A stretch of DNA of 64,000 nt, taken from Alphaproteobacteria bacterium (lineage in GTDB: Bacteria; Pseudomonadota; Alphaproteobacteria; UBA828). Below the pieces are notes generated by a model. The model saw nothing but the letters and a program-made list of their open reading frames with translations. It ran no database searches and was not told where the DNA came from. The stretch lies in NCBI GenBank assembly GCA_963667785.2, contig CAXXMU010000001.1:256001-320000 (forward strand), written 5' to 3'. Numbering within the stretch: the stretch's first letter is position 1; every line of letters begins with the position of its first letter. This document shows positions 62,665 to 64,000 of the stretch, one piece after another. The translations under genes were made by a program, and so were the position numbers.

Positions 62665-63810
62665 TCAGCACTGGGCGCGGGCGTCGATCGGCCAGATGTC
62701 GACCAGCGTGTCGCCGCGCACGCAGTGATAGGCGTCGTAGAGGTTGAGCGTCCCGTAGCAGTGCGGCGTGAGGCATTCCAGCGCCTCGCCCACCTGCGGC
62801 ACCCGCGCGCCCGCCGGCACCGTGACGCGGCCCATGTCGTCGCCCACCAGCTCGTAGCGCGAGTCCGCTTCGGCGCCCGAGGTGACGCGGGGGGCGAGCT
62901 CCTCGCGCGCGAATTCCTTGATGCCGGCGTCGGTGACGGCGAACTCGTCCCGCGCGCTGATTACCGTGGTGCGCACGAAGAGCGCGGGCTCGAAGGGATG
63001 TGGGTTGTCCGGCTCGAAGGGCGTCTCGATGTAGTTCACGTCCATGAAGATGTAGCTGCCCGCCTGACACTCGGTGAAGAGGCCGGCGGCGGCGTCGATC
63101 GCATAGGTCCCGGTGCCGCCGCCGGAGACGATCTCCGGCGCGAGGCCCTCGGCGGCGAGGCGCTCGCACAACTCGGCGAGCGGCGCCGTGCAGCGCTCCT
63201 GCTCCGCGCGGCGGGCGGCGATGTCGGGTTCCCGCTGGAACGAGCCGTTGTAGCCCTGCACGCCTGCGTAGACCGCGCCGTCGGTCCCGGCGACGTGGCG
63301 CGCGAGCGCGACGGCGTCGTCGATCGATGCGAGGCCGGTGCGCCGGCCGCCGACCTCGAAGTCGACCAGCATGCGGAGCGGCCGGCCGGCCTCACGCGCC
63401 GCTGCGGCGAGCCGGCTGGCCACGGCCGCGTCGTCCACGGCGACCAGCAGCCCGTCGGCCCGGGCGTTGAGCCGGGCGAGGCGCTCGATCTTGGGCCCCG
63501 TCACCACCTGGGAGAAGAGCAGCACGCCGGGGATGCCGGCGTCGGCCATGACCTCCGCCTCCGCCAGCGTCGCGCAGCACTGGCCGAGAGCGCCGGCCGC
63601 GGCCTGGAGCTTCGCCACCGCCACCGACTTGTGGATCTTGGCGACCGGCCGGAGCCCGTGGCCGGCATCGGCGAGATAGCCGGCGAGATAGGCGATGTTG
63701 CGCTCCAGCCGGTCGAGGTCGAGCACCAGCGCCGGCGTCTCGAGCGCGGCGCGCGATCCGGACTGGTCGATCAGCGCCTGGTTGGGGCCAAGCTCTCCCG
63801 TGGGACTCAT
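62665..63810 (-). CDS. Fold-type III PLP enzyme (DSD1 / D-threonine aldolase-like)
   Basis: LETPALVLD, AKIHKS, SGGGTGT, ECQAGSYIFMD, WPIDAR. Confidence 0.9.
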   Translation of the reverse strand: MSPTGELGPNQALIDQSGSRAALETPALVLDLDRLERNIAYLAGYLADAGHGLRPVAKIHKSVAVAKLQAAAGALGQCCATLAEAEVMADAGIPGVLLFSQVVTGPKIERLARLNARADGLLVAVDDAAVASRLAAAAREAGRPLRMLVDFEVGGRRTGLASIDDAVALARHVAGTDGAVYAGVQGYNGSFQREPDIAARRAEQERCTAPLAELCERLAAEGLAPEIVSGGGTGTYAIDAAAGLFTECQAGSYIFMDVNYIETPFEPDNPHPFEPALFVRTTVISARDEFAVTDAGIKEFAREELAPRVTSGAEADSRYELVGDDMGRVTVPAGARVPQVGEALECLTPHCYGTLNLYDAYHCVRGDTLVDIWPIDARAQC

Positions 63811-63980
63811 CGCCGCTCCCCGTGCTGCGTGCTGCGTCGTTCGTGGGCGCGCCATCGAATAGCAGGGCGCGTGCGCGGTCAAATCGCCGCCGGCCCAACT
63901 GGCGCCGCAGGCCCGGGGTCGATAGGATCGCCCGGCGCCTCAGGGCGCGACAGCGCATCGCACCAGCGGGGAGGAGAACC

Positions 63981-64000
63981 GTGCCGGGACCGCTCGACGG
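63981..64000 (+). CDS. 5' end of a gene running off the window; MPGPLDG resembles the N-terminus of CaiB/BaiF CoA-transferases
   Basis: GGAGGAG SD, then GTG CCG GGA CCG CTC GAC GG; only about 7 codons visible. Confidence 0.4.

Overview
High-GC (visibly about 70%) chromosomal segment of an Alphaproteobacterium, probably Rhodospirillales-like (inferred from gene order and a typical alphaproteobacterial palindromic repeat). It is densely coding, with about 65 genes. I saw no rRNA, tRNA, CRISPR array, integrase or transposase. Housekeeping blocks: rplU-rpmA-obgE-proB-proA-nadD-rsfS-rlmH; the lipid A block msbA-DUF374/lpxJ-waaA-lpxK-lpxL; cysK-alaX-sseA; and ffh-rpsP-rimM-trmD-rplS-leuC-leuD. These are interleaved with catabolic genes (acyl-CoA dehydrogenases, a Baeyer-Villiger monooxygenase, thiolase, methylmalonyl-CoA mutase and MeaB). 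Most notable: (1) a tightly coupled six-gene pyridine/nicotinate-type reductive operon (Mo-hydroxylase, 6-hydroxynicotinate reductase, ApbE-like UPF0280) that has an ATP-dependent hydantoinase/oxoprolinase A/B pair where enamidase would be expected; (2) a HAL/PAL-superfamily lyase lacking the MIO-forming Ala-Ser-Gly; (3) an Lpp/OprI-like lipoprotein facing an L,D-transpeptidase; (4) an orphan MT-A70 methyltransferase abutting the mutase; (5) rsfS without a canonical start codon; (6) a frameshifted ROK kinase. All calls come from motif recognition by eye; no database searches were run.
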